From the sequence record SRR22947727_1880: DNA of 63,298 nt; one strand, 5' to 3'. Each line of letters begins with the position of its first letter. Within the stretch, counting starts at the first letter, position 1. This document shows, piece after piece, positions 19,394 to 29,662 of this stretch. The notes below the pieces were generated by a model. It searched no databases and was not told the origin of the DNA. It was given only the letters and a program-made list of their open reading frames with translations. The position numbers and the translations under genes are program-made.

Positions 19394-21049
19394 ATGCTTG
19401 CCCCAAAAACACTGGCCAATTCCCCTGCCGACTGGTGGCGTCACGCCGTCATTTACCAGATCTATCCACGTTCTTTCGCGGATGGAAATGGTGATGGAAT
19501 TGGTGACCTTCCGGGCATCATCGACCGCCTTCCGGCGGTCGCGGACCTTGGCGTTGACGCCATCTGGCTCTCCCCCTTTTATACCTCCCCCCAAAAGGAC
19601 GCTGGCTACGACGTTGCTGACTACTGCAACATCGACCCTGTCTTTGGAACGTTGGCTGACGCAGAGCGTCTGATCACCACCGCGCACGACCTTGGTCTGC
19701 GCGTCATCGTGGACTTGGTCCCGAACCACTCATCTGACCAGCATGAGTGGTTCCACGCAGCTCTTGCCGCTGATCCAGGCTCACCCGAGCGTAATCGCTA
19801 CATTTTCCGTGACGGCACAGGCGAAAACGGCGAGCTACCCCCCAACAACTGGGAGTCCGTCTTTGGAGGACCGGCGTGGACGAGAGTCACCGAAGCAGAT
19901 GGTTCCCCTGGCCAATGGTATCTCCACCTCTTTGATGCTTCACAACCTGATTTGAATTGGGAGAACCCCGAAGTCTGGGAGATGTTCCGCGGAGTCCTGC
20001 GATTCTGGTTGGACCGCGGTGTCGATGGCTTCCGGGTAGACGTGGCTCACGGTCTGGTCAAGGAAGAGGGTCTCCCTGACAAGAAGATTGTCGCCAACCC
20101 ACCACTGGGTGACCGGGGTCCCCACTGGGACCAAGACGGTGTCCACGAGGTTTACCGGGATTGGCGAAAGGTTCTCGACGAGTACGGTCCCGATCGAATG
20201 CTCTGTGCCGAAGCGTGGGTTCTCCCGCTCTCGAAGATGGCCTGGTATGTGCGTGAGGACGAGATGAACCAGGCGTTCAACTTCGGCTACCTCGCCACCC
20301 AGTGGGACGCAAAAGCGCTCCGAAGTGTCATCGACGAGTCAATGGATGCGTTTGGCGGCGTGGGAGCCCCCAGCACCTGGGTCCTCTCCAACCATGATGT
20401 CGTGCGTCACGCGAGCCGCTTTGGACTCAGCATGCCCACCGAGGGCCAGCCCACGGGCATTGGTCCCAACACTCCAGAGAAACCCGATGAGGTTCTTGGA
20501 CTTCAGATCGCTAGGGCTGCCACCACGTTGATGATGGCGTTGCCGGGAAGTGCCTATGTCTACCAGGGTGAGGAATTGGGTCTCCCTGAGGTCATCGATA
20601 TCCCTGACGAGCTGAGGCAAGACCCCACGTTCTTCCGCACCAACGGCGAGCGCTACGGACGTGATGGTTGTCGTGTCCCCATCCCCTGGGAGGGTGGTGC
20701 ACCCGCATACGGTTTCAACTCATCCGGAGCCACCTGGCTTCCTCAACCAAAGAGCTTTGCATCCCTTGCCCGCAGTGAGCAGGACGGGGTTGCGGGCTCG
20801 ACACTCGAGCTCTATAAGACCCTTTTGTCTGTGCGTGCGGACTTGAGCTTAGGAACAGGGCCCGTTGACTGGCTCGAGGGCTACGACAGCGATGTCATAG
20901 CGTTTCGCAATGGACCCATCGGAATTATTGCCAACCTCGGTGAGAGTGATGTCACTCTTCCCGCGGGCGAGGTCCTGGTCTCTAGCGGAGACCTGAATGG
21001 CGCTGTGTTGCCATCCAACACGACCGCGTGGGTAAAGCTCGCGTCCTAG
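19394..21049 (+). CDS. GH13 alpha-glucosidase / oligo-1,6-glucosidase family
   Basis: WWRHAVIYQIYPRSFAD, DLVPNHSS, DGFRVDVAH, AEAW, SNHD, YQGEELG, RDGCRVP. Confidence 0.95.
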   Translation: MLAPKTLANSPADWWRHAVIYQIYPRSFADGNGDGIGDLPGIIDRLPAVADLGVDAIWLSPFYTSPQKDAGYDVADYCNIDPVFGTLADAERLITTAHDLGLRVIVDLVPNHSSDQHEWFHAALAADPGSPERNRYIFRDGTGENGELPPNNWESVFGGPAWTRVTEADGSPGQWYLHLFDASQPDLNWENPEVWEMFRGVLRFWLDRGVDGFRVDVAHGLVKEEGLPDKKIVANPPLGDRGPHWDQDGVHEVYRDWRKVLDEYGPDRMLCAEAWVLPLSKMAWYVREDEMNQAFNFGYLATQWDAKALRSVIDESMDAFGGVGAPSTWVLSNHDVVRHASRFGLSMPTEGQPTGIGPNTPEKPDEVLGLQIARAATTLMMALPGSAYVYQGEELGLPEVIDIPDELRQDPTFFRTNGERYGRDGCRVPIPWEGGAPAYGFNSSGATWLPQPKSFASLARSEQDGVAGSTLELYKTLLSVRADLSLGTGPVDWLEGYDSDVIAFRNGPIGIIANLGESDVTLPAGEVLVSSGDLNGAVLPSNTTAWVKLAS

Positions 21050-21894
21050 AAAGCGTTTTCTTTGAGCCAAGCAAACGGGTCGACGTATTCTCCTTCGATG
21101 CGCACCTCAAAATGAAGGTGCGGACCGGTAGAAATACCCGTATTTCCGACCAGTCCGATGAAGTCCCCGACTTCAACCACATCACCCACGCGTAGCGGGC
21201 TGCTCCCTCGCTGCATGTGGGCATAGACCGTGAGGACGCTTCGTCCATTGATGTCGTGCTCGAGGTAGACATATTGTCCATATCCGCCACCAAACTCTGC
21301 TGCGGTGACGACACCATCAGCGATAGCAAAGATAGGTGCACCATTGCCGGGAACAAAGTCCACCCCGCGATGATCACTGGAGCAGTAGCGACATGGGGCA
21401 ACGCGGTCGCCATAACCAGAGCTAATCGGGACCGCGGTCGGGAAAGGCCAGCGGATTGATCCAGTGCCGGTCGTGGAATAGGAGAAGCTTCGGCTCCCAT
21501 AGCGTGCCTTCAGGACCTCGGCGAAGGAGGTCACACTCCACGACTGACGTTGAATACCCACCTGAGCGGACTGAGACCCCGCCACCGTGAACGACTGTGC
21601 GGTGACTACCTCGTCCTCCCCGAGTGCCCCCGCAATCGCTGGGGTCATGTCGGCTTGGCCGTAAAAGATGTTGACGGGGAGTGAGACACCAATGAACAGC
21701 AACGGGGTTGCAATCATCGTGCCCCAGCTGAGGATTCGCTTTCCAAGGCTGGGTTTAGGGGGCGCAGGCGCACTGGGAACGGGTCGCTCCTCCAGCGCCA
21801 CAACAGCGGGAGGCGCAGCGATGCTGTCCCCCTGACGTTGCTTGAGTTGTCGTCTCGTTAACGGTTGTTCGGGGGAGGACGGTGTGTTCACCAC
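21046..21894 (-). CDS. M23 family metallopeptidase (membrane-anchored)
   Basis: HRGVD, YAHM and TGPHLHFEV motifs, one TM helix. GGAGG SD precedes GTG 21894. Confidence 0.92.
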   Translation of the reverse strand: MVNTPSSPEQPLTRRQLKQRQGDSIAAPPAVVALEERPVPSAPAPPKPSLGKRILSWGTMIATPLLFIGVSLPVNIFYGQADMTPAIAGALGEDEVVTAQSFTVAGSQSAQVGIQRQSWSVTSFAEVLKARYGSRSFSYSTTGTGSIRWPFPTAVPISSGYGDRVAPCRYCSSDHRGVDFVPGNGAPIFAIADGVVTAAEFGGGYGQYVYLEHDINGRSVLTVYAHMQRGSSPLRVGDVVEVGDFIGLVGNTGISTGPHLHFEVRIEGEYVDPFAWLKENAF

Positions 21895-22000
21895 GTATAT
21901 TCCTCCACACGACATCTCACGACAATCAGACTCATTACCCTCTGCACACCGGGTGACCAGACAAAAGTAACGGTTTGGTTAACCTATCTGACCTCACACA

Positions 22001-22837
22001 TCACTCCAAACCCCACCCGGGCACGTCTTGGAGAAGTGTGTCACCTCCAACTTCGGAAATCCTTGCCTTCAGCTGTGTAACTAGTGTGGGATGCCCCGCA
22101 AAGATTCCCTCTCGGCCTTGGGGCAGATCACGAATACCGGCGATGATTCCACCAGCCTCCGTCACCAACAACTCTCCCGCTGCGTGATCCCACGGGCTCA
22201 GGGTGCGCTCAAAGTAGACATCAACCCGGCCGGCAGCCACAGCGGCAAAATCCAAAGATGCGGTTCCCATGCGACGAATGTCTCGAACCTCACCGATCAG
22301 CTGGGACAGGATGCGAACCTGCTCTTTCCGCATCGCGGTGGAGTAGGCAAAGCCCGTAGCAAACAGCGCCAGGTTCATGGGCGGTGGAGAACCGATCTGC
22401 AAGCGCCTCTCCCCCAAGAAAGCGCCCTCACCCCTGGCGGCATGAAAAAGCTCACCAGTAGCCGGGTTGAACACAGCCCCTGCCTCTACCTGCCACGAGC
22501 CAGGCGATGGGTCCCCGGTGACCGCAGCGATGCTCACCGCGTAGTGGGGAATGTTGTACAGAAAGTTGACGGTGCCATCAATGGGGTCGACCACCCAGGT
22601 GACCCCAGTGGTGGATTCCTCCACCTGGCCTTCCTCACCGAGGAATCCATCACCGGGGCGAAGCTCTCGCAAGCGTGTGTAGAGGAACTCTTCGGACTCT
22701 TTGTCGACAGCAGTGACGACATCAACGTCCGAGGACTTGGTGCTTGCGACCTCGATGTGTCCGGCTCTGCGGGTCACAATGAGCTCGCCGGCTTCCCGGG
22801 CGAGCTTCACTGCGACGTCGTGCAATTCGTGGGCCAT
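22001..22837 (-). CDS. suhB: Inositol monophosphatase family protein
   Basis: DVVTAVD, GEE, WVVDPIDGTVNF and PWDHAAG motifs. Confidence 0.9.
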   Translation of the reverse strand: MAHELHDVAVKLAREAGELIVTRRAGHIEVASTKSSDVDVVTAVDKESEEFLYTRLRELRPGDGFLGEEGQVEESTTGVTWVVDPIDGTVNFLYNIPHYAVSIAAVTGDPSPGSWQVEAGAVFNPATGELFHAARGEGAFLGERRLQIGSPPPMNLALFATGFAYSTAMRKEQVRILSQLIGEVRDIRRMGTASLDFAAVAAGRVDVYFERTLSPWDHAAGELLVTEAGGIIAGIRDLPQGREGIFAGHPTLVTQLKARISEVGGDTLLQDVPGWGLE

Positions 22838-22841
22838 GCGG

Positions 22842-22923
22842 TGGCGAGTGAGGGATTCGAACCCCCGAAGGCTGAGCCAGCTGATTTACAGTCAGATCCC
22901 TTTGGCCGCTTGGGTAACTCGCC
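22842..22923 (-). tRNA. tRNA-Tyr(GTA)
   Basis: GGCGAGTTACCCAAGCGGCCAAAGGGATCTGACTGTAAATCAGCTGGCTCAGCCTTCGGGGGTTCGAATCCCTCACTCGCCA, with long variable arm and no encoded CCA. Confidence 0.95.
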
Positions 22924-23055
22924 ATGCGCTCCCGACCAATGTATTCACCAATCGGGTGCGCGCATCCCAGGATAACGGTATTTCTCGCTTCCGTTGTCAC
23001 GGGTCAGGTGTTCCAGACCCGTGACCCGGGTGGTCTTTCTGGTTACCATGGAGAA

Positions 23056-23544
23056 ATGGCTGATTCTTCGTTTGACATTGTGAGCAAAGTGGACCCGATG
23101 GAGCTGGAAAACGCAGTCAACCAGGCCCATAAGGAGCTCGCCCAGCGCTATGACTTCAAGGGTGTGGACGCGAAGCTCGAAAAGAACGCGTCCGGCATCG
23201 TCATGGAGGCCAACACTGAGGAGCGGGTGAAAGCTGTCCTCGATGTCCTCCAGTCCAAGCTCGTCAAGCGCGGGATATCGCTCAAGAGCTTGGAGATGGG
23301 CGACCCCGTGCTGAGTGGCAAAATTTATCGCCTGAGCGCTGCCGTCAAAGATGGCATCTCCGGCGAGAACGCCAAGAAGGTCACAGCCCTGATCCGCCAG
23401 GATGGCCCCAAAACAGTGAAGGCCACCATCCAGGGTGATGAGATTCGGGTGAGCTCGAAGAGCCGCGATGATCTGCAACAGACCATCGCGTTGTTGAAGT
23501 CCGCAGATCTCGACATTGACCTCCAATTCGTCAATTACCGCTAG
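23056..23544 (+). CDS. yajQ: YajQ family nucleotide-binding protein
   Basis: [13 protein letters not shown]...QRYDFKG...[17 protein letters not shown]...LQFVNYR. Confidence 0.95.
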   Translation: MADSSFDIVSKVDPMELENAVNQAHKELAQRYDFKGVDAKLEKNASGIVMEANTEERVKAVLDVLQSKLVKRGISLKSLEMGDPVLSGKIYRLSAAVKDGISGENAKKVTALIRQDGPKTVKATIQGDEIRVSSKSRDDLQQTIALLKSADLDIDLQFVNYR

Positions 23545-23565
23545 TGCTGTGAGCGAGCGCCGCTG

Positions 23566-25041
23566 ATGGAGCTTGGAGCCCTCTGGGTCACCATCGCGCT
23601 CGTCATCGATATCGCTTTTCGCGTCATCGCGCTCGTTGTTGTTCCAAGAAACCGCAGACCCCAAACCGCGATGGCCTGGCTGCTCGCCATTTTCTTTATC
23701 CCCTACTTCGGCTTCCTGGCCTTCGTGGCATTTGGGTCCAGGCGATTACCCAAAAAGCGCCGGGATAACCAGCTCGCTATCAACGAGCACCTGCGCACCA
23801 GGGCTCGTTTGCTCTCTGATGGGATTGTCGTCACCCCGGAGAATCTTCTCAATCGACCAGAGTTCCCCCGCTGGCTCTCCCAAACCGTCTACATGAATGA
23901 ACGCTTAGGGGCCATGCCGATGGTGACCGGCAATGATGTGTCATTTCTCCCTGACTACCGGGGTTCCCTGGAGGAGATGACTCGGGCCATTGATGAGGCC
24001 ACCAGCGCCGTCCATGTTGAGTTCTACATCATGAGCTTTGACACCGTCACGAAAGACCTCTTTGGGGCCCTGGAGCGAGCAGGGAACCGGGGTGTGACAG
24101 TCAGGGTTCTCTACGACCAGGTCGCCAGCGCCCGTATTCGCGGTTACAAGGAACTGCGGGCTGAACTCGGTCGACTAGCCCTGTCTCATGTGGCAATGTT
24201 GCCGATTCAACCCTGGAAGGGCGTGTACCAGCGTCCTGATCTTCGCAATCACCGCAAACTCTTGGTCATCGACTCCCGTGTCGCTTACACGGGCTCTCAA
24301 AACATTATTGAGCCGAGCTATCGAAACCCGAGACACAAGGCCAGGGGTCTTGAATGGCTAGACGTCATGATGAAAGTCGAGGGACCTTTAGCGGATAGCC
24401 TCGAAGCCTTGTTCGTCTCGGACTGGTTCCAAGAGACCGGAGAACTCCTCACCACACCCTCCCCCCAAGCCCCCACCACCTCGCCTCAGAACGTCTGGGC
24501 ACAGGTTGTGCCAAGCGGTCCCGCGTTCGAGGGAGAAAACAACCTTCGGCTCTTCAACTCCCTCGTGTATGGCGCCCGGGAGCGACTCGTGCTCTCCAGC
24601 CCCTACTTCGTCCCTGATGAGTCCATGCGCTATGCCATCACGACCGCTGCGGAGCGCGGGGTGGATGTAAACCTGATGGTCTCCGAGATTGCTGATCAAC
24701 CCCTGGTGTTCTATGCCCAGCGCTCGTACTACGACGAACTCCTCGAAGCGGGGGTGAAGATTTGGCTCTATCAGGCCCCGACCATTTTGCATTCCAAGTT
24801 CGTCATCGTCGATGACGCGATCAGCGTCATCGGATCCTCGAATATCGATATGCGGAGCTTCAGTTTGAACCTCGAGGTCTCTGTCCTAATGGCAAGCCCG
24901 TTGGTCGTGAGCGAATTGGATGCGCTCTATGTCGACTACAAAGCGAACAGCGCAGAACTCACACTCTCCACCTGGCGGGCACGAGCCTGGCATGCACGCT
25001 TCATTGAGGGACTTGCTCGCCTGACGGCAACCGTCCAGTAA
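23566..25041 (+). CDS. cls: Cardiolipin synthase
   Basis: N-terminal PLDc_N TM pair and two HKD motifs (HRKLLVID, HSKFVIVD). Confidence 0.93.
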   Translation: MELGALWVTIALVIDIAFRVIALVVVPRNRRPQTAMAWLLAIFFIPYFGFLAFVAFGSRRLPKKRRDNQLAINEHLRTRARLLSDGIVVTPENLLNRPEFPRWLSQTVYMNERLGAMPMVTGNDVSFLPDYRGSLEEMTRAIDEATSAVHVEFYIMSFDTVTKDLFGALERAGNRGVTVRVLYDQVASARIRGYKELRAELGRLALSHVAMLPIQPWKGVYQRPDLRNHRKLLVIDSRVAYTGSQNIIEPSYRNPRHKARGLEWLDVMMKVEGPLADSLEALFVSDWFQETGELLTTPSPQAPTTSPQNVWAQVVPSGPAFEGENNLRLFNSLVYGARERLVLSSPYFVPDESMRYAITTAAERGVDVNLMVSEIADQPLVFYAQRSYYDELLEAGVKIWLYQAPTILHSKFVIVDDAISVIGSSNIDMRSFSLNLEVSVLMASPLVVSELDALYVDYKANSAELTLSTWRARAWHARFIEGLARLTATVQ

Positions 25042-25044
25042 GAG

Positions 25045-26397
25045 CTAGGAGGACCCGAGGGAGATCTCGAGCATCTCCTCACGAGGAACAACCTTGATGC
25101 GCTCCCGGCCGTGCTCTGCCCCTCGGGCAAGCTCCGCCTCATCGAGGCGGTGCCAACCGTCCAGGTTTGTGTAGGAAACACCTCTGGAGTCCAGGAGGTC
25201 TGTCACACTCTGCTCATCCGGGTCACTCGGGCTCCACCAGGATGCCTGGTCTTTGACCAGGTGCTGGATGGTTTCCATGGCATCACTCTTGGTGTGACCA
25301 ATGAGGCCCACGGGGCCTCGCTTGATCCACCCTGTGGCATACACACCGGGCATGATGCCATTGGTGTCATCCAAAACCTGACCCTCATGGTTCGGGATAA
25401 CTCCTCGACGGTCATCAAAGGGAATTCCTGGCAGTGGAGAGCCAAAGTAGCCCACAGCTCGGTAGATGGCCTGGATCGGGATCTCACGGATTTCCCCGGT
25501 TCCGCGAACTCCCCCCGCACCATCAGCCTCGGTCCGCTCGTATCGGAATCCTTCGACACGGTCGGTGCCGAGAACCTCCAGTGGCTTCGCATAGAAGTGA
25601 AGGTGCAGACGCCTCGACGCACTGCCCTTGTCGCGCGCCCGCCACTGATCGAAGGTTTTGTTGATGACAAAGATTTGTTTGTTGGACTCGATTGCGCTCT
25701 TGGCCGCCTCATCGAGGACAAAGTCCTCCTCATAGACGACCATGTCCACATCCCTCATCTCGCCAAGCTCACGAAGCTCGAGCGGAGTGAACTTCACTTG
25801 CATGGGACCCCGTCGACCAAAAACATGGACATCGGTCACGGGTGAGGCCTTCAGTCCCTCATACACATTGTCGGGAACCTCGGTCGGGAGGAGGTCATCG
25901 GGGTGCTTAGCGAGCATCCTCGCAACGTCGAGGGCGACGTTGCCGTTGCCGATGACGGCAACTTCTTTGGCCTCCAACGGCCAGGTCCGTGGCACATCCG
26001 GGTGACCGTCATACCAACTGACGAAATCTGCGGCTCCATAGCTTCCGGGAAGATCAATGCCGGGGATGGTGAGGTCTGCGTCCTGGATAGCGCCTGTGGA
26101 GAAAATCACCGCGTGGTAGTGCTTCTTCAGGTCTTCCAGGGTGATGTCGGTGCCATAGTTCACGTTGCCAAAGAGTCGAATCTGGCCGGTGTCCAACACT
26201 TCACGGAGGGCAGTGATGATGCCCTTGATGCGGGGGTGGTCAGGAGCAACTCCGTAACGAACAAGTCCGTACGGTGCTGGCAAGCGCTCAAACAGGTCAA
26301 TGGAGACATCAAACGACCGCTCGTGCTTGAGCAAAATGTCGGCTGCATAGATTCCTGCGGGACCAGCTCCCACAATGGCTAAGCGCAAGCGCGACAT
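25045..26397 (-). CDS. Ferredoxin--NADP reductase (FprA/adrenodoxin reductase-like)
   Basis: GAGPAG, PYGLVRYGVAPDHP, GNGNVALDVAR, GWIKRGPVGLIG. Confidence 0.92.
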   Translation of the reverse strand: MSRLRLAIVGAGPAGIYAADILLKHERSFDVSIDLFERLPAPYGLVRYGVAPDHPRIKGIITALREVLDTGQIRLFGNVNYGTDITLEDLKKHYHAVIFSTGAIQDADLTIPGIDLPGSYGAADFVSWYDGHPDVPRTWPLEAKEVAVIGNGNVALDVARMLAKHPDDLLPTEVPDNVYEGLKASPVTDVHVFGRRGPMQVKFTPLELRELGEMRDVDMVVYEEDFVLDEAAKSAIESNKQIFVINKTFDQWRARDKGSASRRLHLHFYAKPLEVLGTDRVEGFRYERTEADGAGGVRGTGEIREIPIQAIYRAVGYFGSPLPGIPFDDRRGVIPNHEGQVLDDTNGIMPGVYATGWIKRGPVGLIGHTKSDAMETIQHLVKDQASWWSPSDPDEQSVTDLLDSRGVSYTNLDGWHRLDEAELARGAEHGRERIKVVPREEMLEISLGSS

Positions 26398-26438
26398 AAA
26401 GATCCTTGTCTGTCCGAAGTGAGCACCGAAGCTCTAAT

Positions 26439-27512
26439 TTAGTAGCTTCGCTTCACAACCTGGTGAGCAAAGCGAATCAGGGCGTCCTTCACGATGCCCT
26501 CAGGAACACCATCGAGTTCCGCGATGGCCTCATCGGCCATCGCACGGGCCGTGTCCATGGTGCGAGCGGTGACCTCGTGGTCTCGCAATTCGGTAATGGA
26601 GTCCTGGAACTCTTCTTCGGTTGCCTCCCCGAGGGTCCCTCTGGCCAGTTTCGATAACAGCGCCAGCGCGGCCTCGTCCCCGCCGTCGGCGAGCTTCTGC
26701 AAGTAGAGCATGGGCAATGTCGTGACACCACGGCGAACATCGGTGCCGGGAGGCTTCCCTGTTCCGGAGTCACGATCCGCGAGATCGATGACGTCATCGA
26801 CGAGCTGGAAGGCAACACCAATCTTCTCGCCAAACTTTCGGGCAGGAGGCACAAGGTTCTCTGGTCCCCCCGACATCCGGATACCAAACTCGGAGGCCAG
26901 GGCAATCAGAGACCCTGTCTTATCCGAGAGCACATTGAGGTAGTGGGCGATGGGATCTTGGCCAGGCTTGGGTCCCACTGTCTCCCGCATTTGCCCCACA
27001 CAAAGCCGCTCAAAGGTGGCGGCTTGCAGGGTGATGGCCTGCTGACCCAGGGAGCCCCCCAAACTGCCAGCCCTGGCGAACAGCAAGTCCCCGGCAAGGA
27101 TGGCGACCGAGTTCCCCCACACTGTTTGAGCAGCCGGAACACCTCGGCGCTGAGCAGCCTCGTCCATGACGTCATCGTGATACAGCGTGGCGAGGTGGGT
27201 GAGCTCAATCACTTGCGCAGCACGAATCACTGTGTCGTTGATGCCCTCACCCCACTGGGCGGTGAGCAACATCAGCAGGGGGCGAACTCGTTTGCCACCT
27301 GCTGAGAACAGGTATCTGGCCACTGCATCAGCAATGTCTTCGGAAAACTTGAGCTCCCGCTCCAAACCCTGCTCAATCTGCTCCAAACCTTCATCGAGCG
27401 CTTTGGCCAGCGCTTTCTCCTCTTTGGAGGCGAACAACAGTGAGCCTCCCGTGAGGAAGGCTGCGCCTCTGCCCGCAGCGTCCGTAGAAGCTGTGGGGGT
27501 TGTGGGAGTCAC
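26439..27512 (-). CDS. Polyprenyl diphosphate synthase (HepT/GrcC-like)
   Basis: GGKRVRP, FARM HDDVMD..RRG and SARM FQLVDDVID. Start approximate (GTG 27512). Confidence 0.92.
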   Translation of the reverse strand: MTPTTPTASTDAAGRGAAFLTGGSLLFASKEEKALAKALDEGLEQIEQGLERELKFSEDIADAVARYLFSAGGKRVRPLLMLLTAQWGEGINDTVIRAAQVIELTHLATLYHDDVMDEAAQRRGVPAAQTVWGNSVAILAGDLLFARAGSLGGSLGQQAITLQAATFERLCVGQMRETVGPKPGQDPIAHYLNVLSDKTGSLIALASEFGIRMSGGPENLVPPARKFGEKIGVAFQLVDDVIDLADRDSGTGKPPGTDVRRGVTTLPMLYLQKLADGGDEAALALLSKLARGTLGEATEEEFQDSITELRDHEVTARTMDTARAMADEAIAELDGVPEGIVKDALIRFAHQVVKRSY

Positions 27513-27522
27513 GGGAAGTCCT

Positions 27523-28323
27523 TTAGGAGGTGGGAGGTGAAATGTCCTGGATGGGCACAGACACCGAGGATGTGGAGGGTGATGCCGGTCGGCTCCGTCT
27601 CTTACCGATCGACTCACGAACTTTGGAGTCTTCCGGGCTTCGTGCCCGGTGCAAGGCCACAATGCCTCCCGTCAGGTTACGGTATGCAACCCGAGTAAAA
27701 CCTGCAGCCCGTAACCATTGGGAGAGAACTCTCTGCTCCGGCCACTCGTTGATGGAGTCCATGAGGTAGCGGTAAGCATCCTTGTGGCTACTGGAGAGCG
27801 CAGTGACCGCTGGCATTACGTATTTCAGGTAGCCCTGGTAGCCCGCTCGAACAATGGGTGCTGCCGGGTGGGAGAACTCACAAATGACAATGCGACCACC
27901 GGGCTTCAGCACCCGATACATCTCGCCAATGGCGACCTGGGGCTGGTTGACGTTTCGCAACCCAAAACTGATGGTGACAGCGTCAAAACTGGCCGAGGGA
28001 AACGGCAGTGCTTCCGCATCCCCCTCCACAAATTCAATGTCGGGGTGGCGTTTACGACCTTCAGCGACCATTCCGGGGGAAAAATCGAGGGCGACGACCG
28101 TTGCCCCCGTTTTGTGGAGTGCTTTAGAGGATGTTCCGGTGCCAGCAGCAACGTCCAGTACTCGCTCGCCAGGCTTCAAATCCAGGGCTTTGACCGTGGC
28201 GATCCGCCACAGCACCGAGTTTCCGCCAGAGAGTAAGGCGTTGGTGCGGTCATAACCTTTGGCGACCTCGTCGAACATGCCAGCTACTTCGTCTGGCTTT
28301 TTGCTCAAGTCGGCCGTGGTCAC
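27523..28323 (-). CDS. menG: Demethylmenaquinone methyltransferase
   Basis: MFDEVAKGYDRTN, LDVAAGTG, TISFGLRNV and EFS motifs, within the men cluster. Confidence 0.93.
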   Translation of the reverse strand: MTTADLSKKPDEVAGMFDEVAKGYDRTNALLSGGNSVLWRIATVKALDLKPGERVLDVAAGTGTSSKALHKTGATVVALDFSPGMVAEGRKRHPDIEFVEGDAEALPFPSASFDAVTISFGLRNVNQPQVAIGEMYRVLKPGGRIVICEFSHPAAPIVRAGYQGYLKYVMPAVTALSSSHKDAYRYLMDSINEWPEQRVLSQWLRAAGFTRVAYRNLTGGIVALHRARSPEDSKVRESIGKRRSRPASPSTSSVSVPIQDISPPTS

Positions 28324-28405
28324 AGTGTCTAGAGTACTGGGCGAAAGTGACGAAAAGCCGGGAGTATTTCTCTCCAGGCATGTCCTCATCGACCCGTACT
28401 AACCT

Positions 28406-29662
28406 GTGCTCGTGGCCACAACGACAACCTCTCTCTCGGTGCGCACCCGCGCCATGAGTCATGAGGGTGCTCTCACCGAGTGGGTGAGCGCGGAGAACCC
28501 TCTGACGTTCCAACGTCTGGGCCAAGGGTTTGTGGGCTTAGGCCAAGCACTGCGCCTCACCTTCCGGGGCCCGAATCGTTTTGTGGACGCCAGTGCAGCC
28601 TGGAAAGAGCTGGTCGAGGGCGCCACCATCGATGACGCCGTCGTAGTCCCAGGCTCCGGCCTGGTGTGTTTTGGCACTTTCACCTTCAGCGATAGCTCCT
28701 CCCAGGAGAGTGTCCTCATCGTTCCCCAGGTGGTGATCGGTCGCCAAGGTTCCACCTCCTGGCGCACCGACATCTCTGTCGTGGGGGATTCACCCAAAGC
28801 TCAGAGCTCCCGCGGCACACTGCCCGCGGATTTCGCCCCCCTCCACTGGCAACCAGGGCTCGTGAGCGAAGAAGACTATGTCGCAGGGGTTGGTCGGATG
28901 ATCACGCAGGTTCGTGAGGGAGTGGCCGACAAGGTGGTTCTTGCCAGGGACTTAGTCGCCCATGCTCCCGGCGTCAGAGATTGGCGCGGCGCCATTTCCC
29001 GCCTCACCGAGGCGTATCCCGATTGCCAAACCTTCGCTATCGATGGAATTGTCGGCTCCACACCGGAAACGCTTGCTCGGGTCGATCGGGGACGCCTCGG
29101 CATTCGAGTTTTGGCTGGCTCGATCGGTAGAGGATCCAACCCTGCCGATGACCGCGCCAAAGCCCAGGAACTGATCACCTCCACTAAAGACAACGATGAA
29201 CACCGCTACGCGGTGAACAGTGTGATGGAGTCGTTGCGAGAGCTCACCCCTCACGCGGTGGCAGATGAGCGGCCCTTCACGGTGAAGCTTGCGAACGTGT
29301 GGCACTTGGCGACCGATATCGAAGCCACCCTGCCTGAGGCCGTCTCCAGTCTCGATGTGGTGGCGGCCCTGCACCCGAGTGCTGCAGTCGCTGGATCGCC
29401 GACACACGTCGCACTCGAGCGGATCTCCTCTCACGAGCCTTTTGATCGTGGTCGCTATGCCGGGCCTGTGGGGTGGATGGATGCCTCCGGGGATGGGGAG
29501 TGGTCTGTGGCACTGCGCTGTGCACAGTGGTCGAGCGAGGGAACCCTCACCGCCTATGCAGGGGCTGGAATTGTGGCGGAGTCAGATCCAGAGTCTGAGC
29601 TTCTGGAAACCCGACTCAAGTTCAAACCCATCGTCCAGGCCTTCGGCCACGACGCGGACTAG
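28406..29662 (+). CDS. menF: Isochorismate synthase
   Basis: KVVLAR, GSTPE, LAGS, EH, HLAT, LHPSAAV, RGRYAGPVGW, AGAGIV. Confidence 0.92.
   Translation: MLVATTTTSLSVRTRAMSHEGALTEWVSAENPLTFQRLGQGFVGLGQALRLTFRGPNRFVDASAAWKELVEGATIDDAVVVPGSGLVCFGTFTFSDSSSQESVLIVPQVVIGRQGSTSWRTDISVVGDSPKAQSSRGTLPADFAPLHWQPGLVSEEDYVAGVGRMITQVREGVADKVVLARDLVAHAPGVRDWRGAISRLTEAYPDCQTFAIDGIVGSTPETLARVDRGRLGIRVLAGSIGRGSNPADDRAKAQELITSTKDNDEHRYAVNSVMESLRELTPHAVADERPFTVKLANVWHLATDIEATLPEAVSSLDVVAALHPSAAVAGSPTHVALERISSHEPFDRGRYAGPVGWMDASGDGEWSVALRCAQWSSEGTLTAYAGAGIVAESDPESELLETRLKFKPIVQAFGHDAD

Noticed and set aside
22833-22928. 8-bp direct repeat GCCATGCG on both sides of tRNA-Tyr
   Set aside because: Too short and GC-rich, partly formed by the tRNA end and a start codon, with no mobile element. 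Likely chance.
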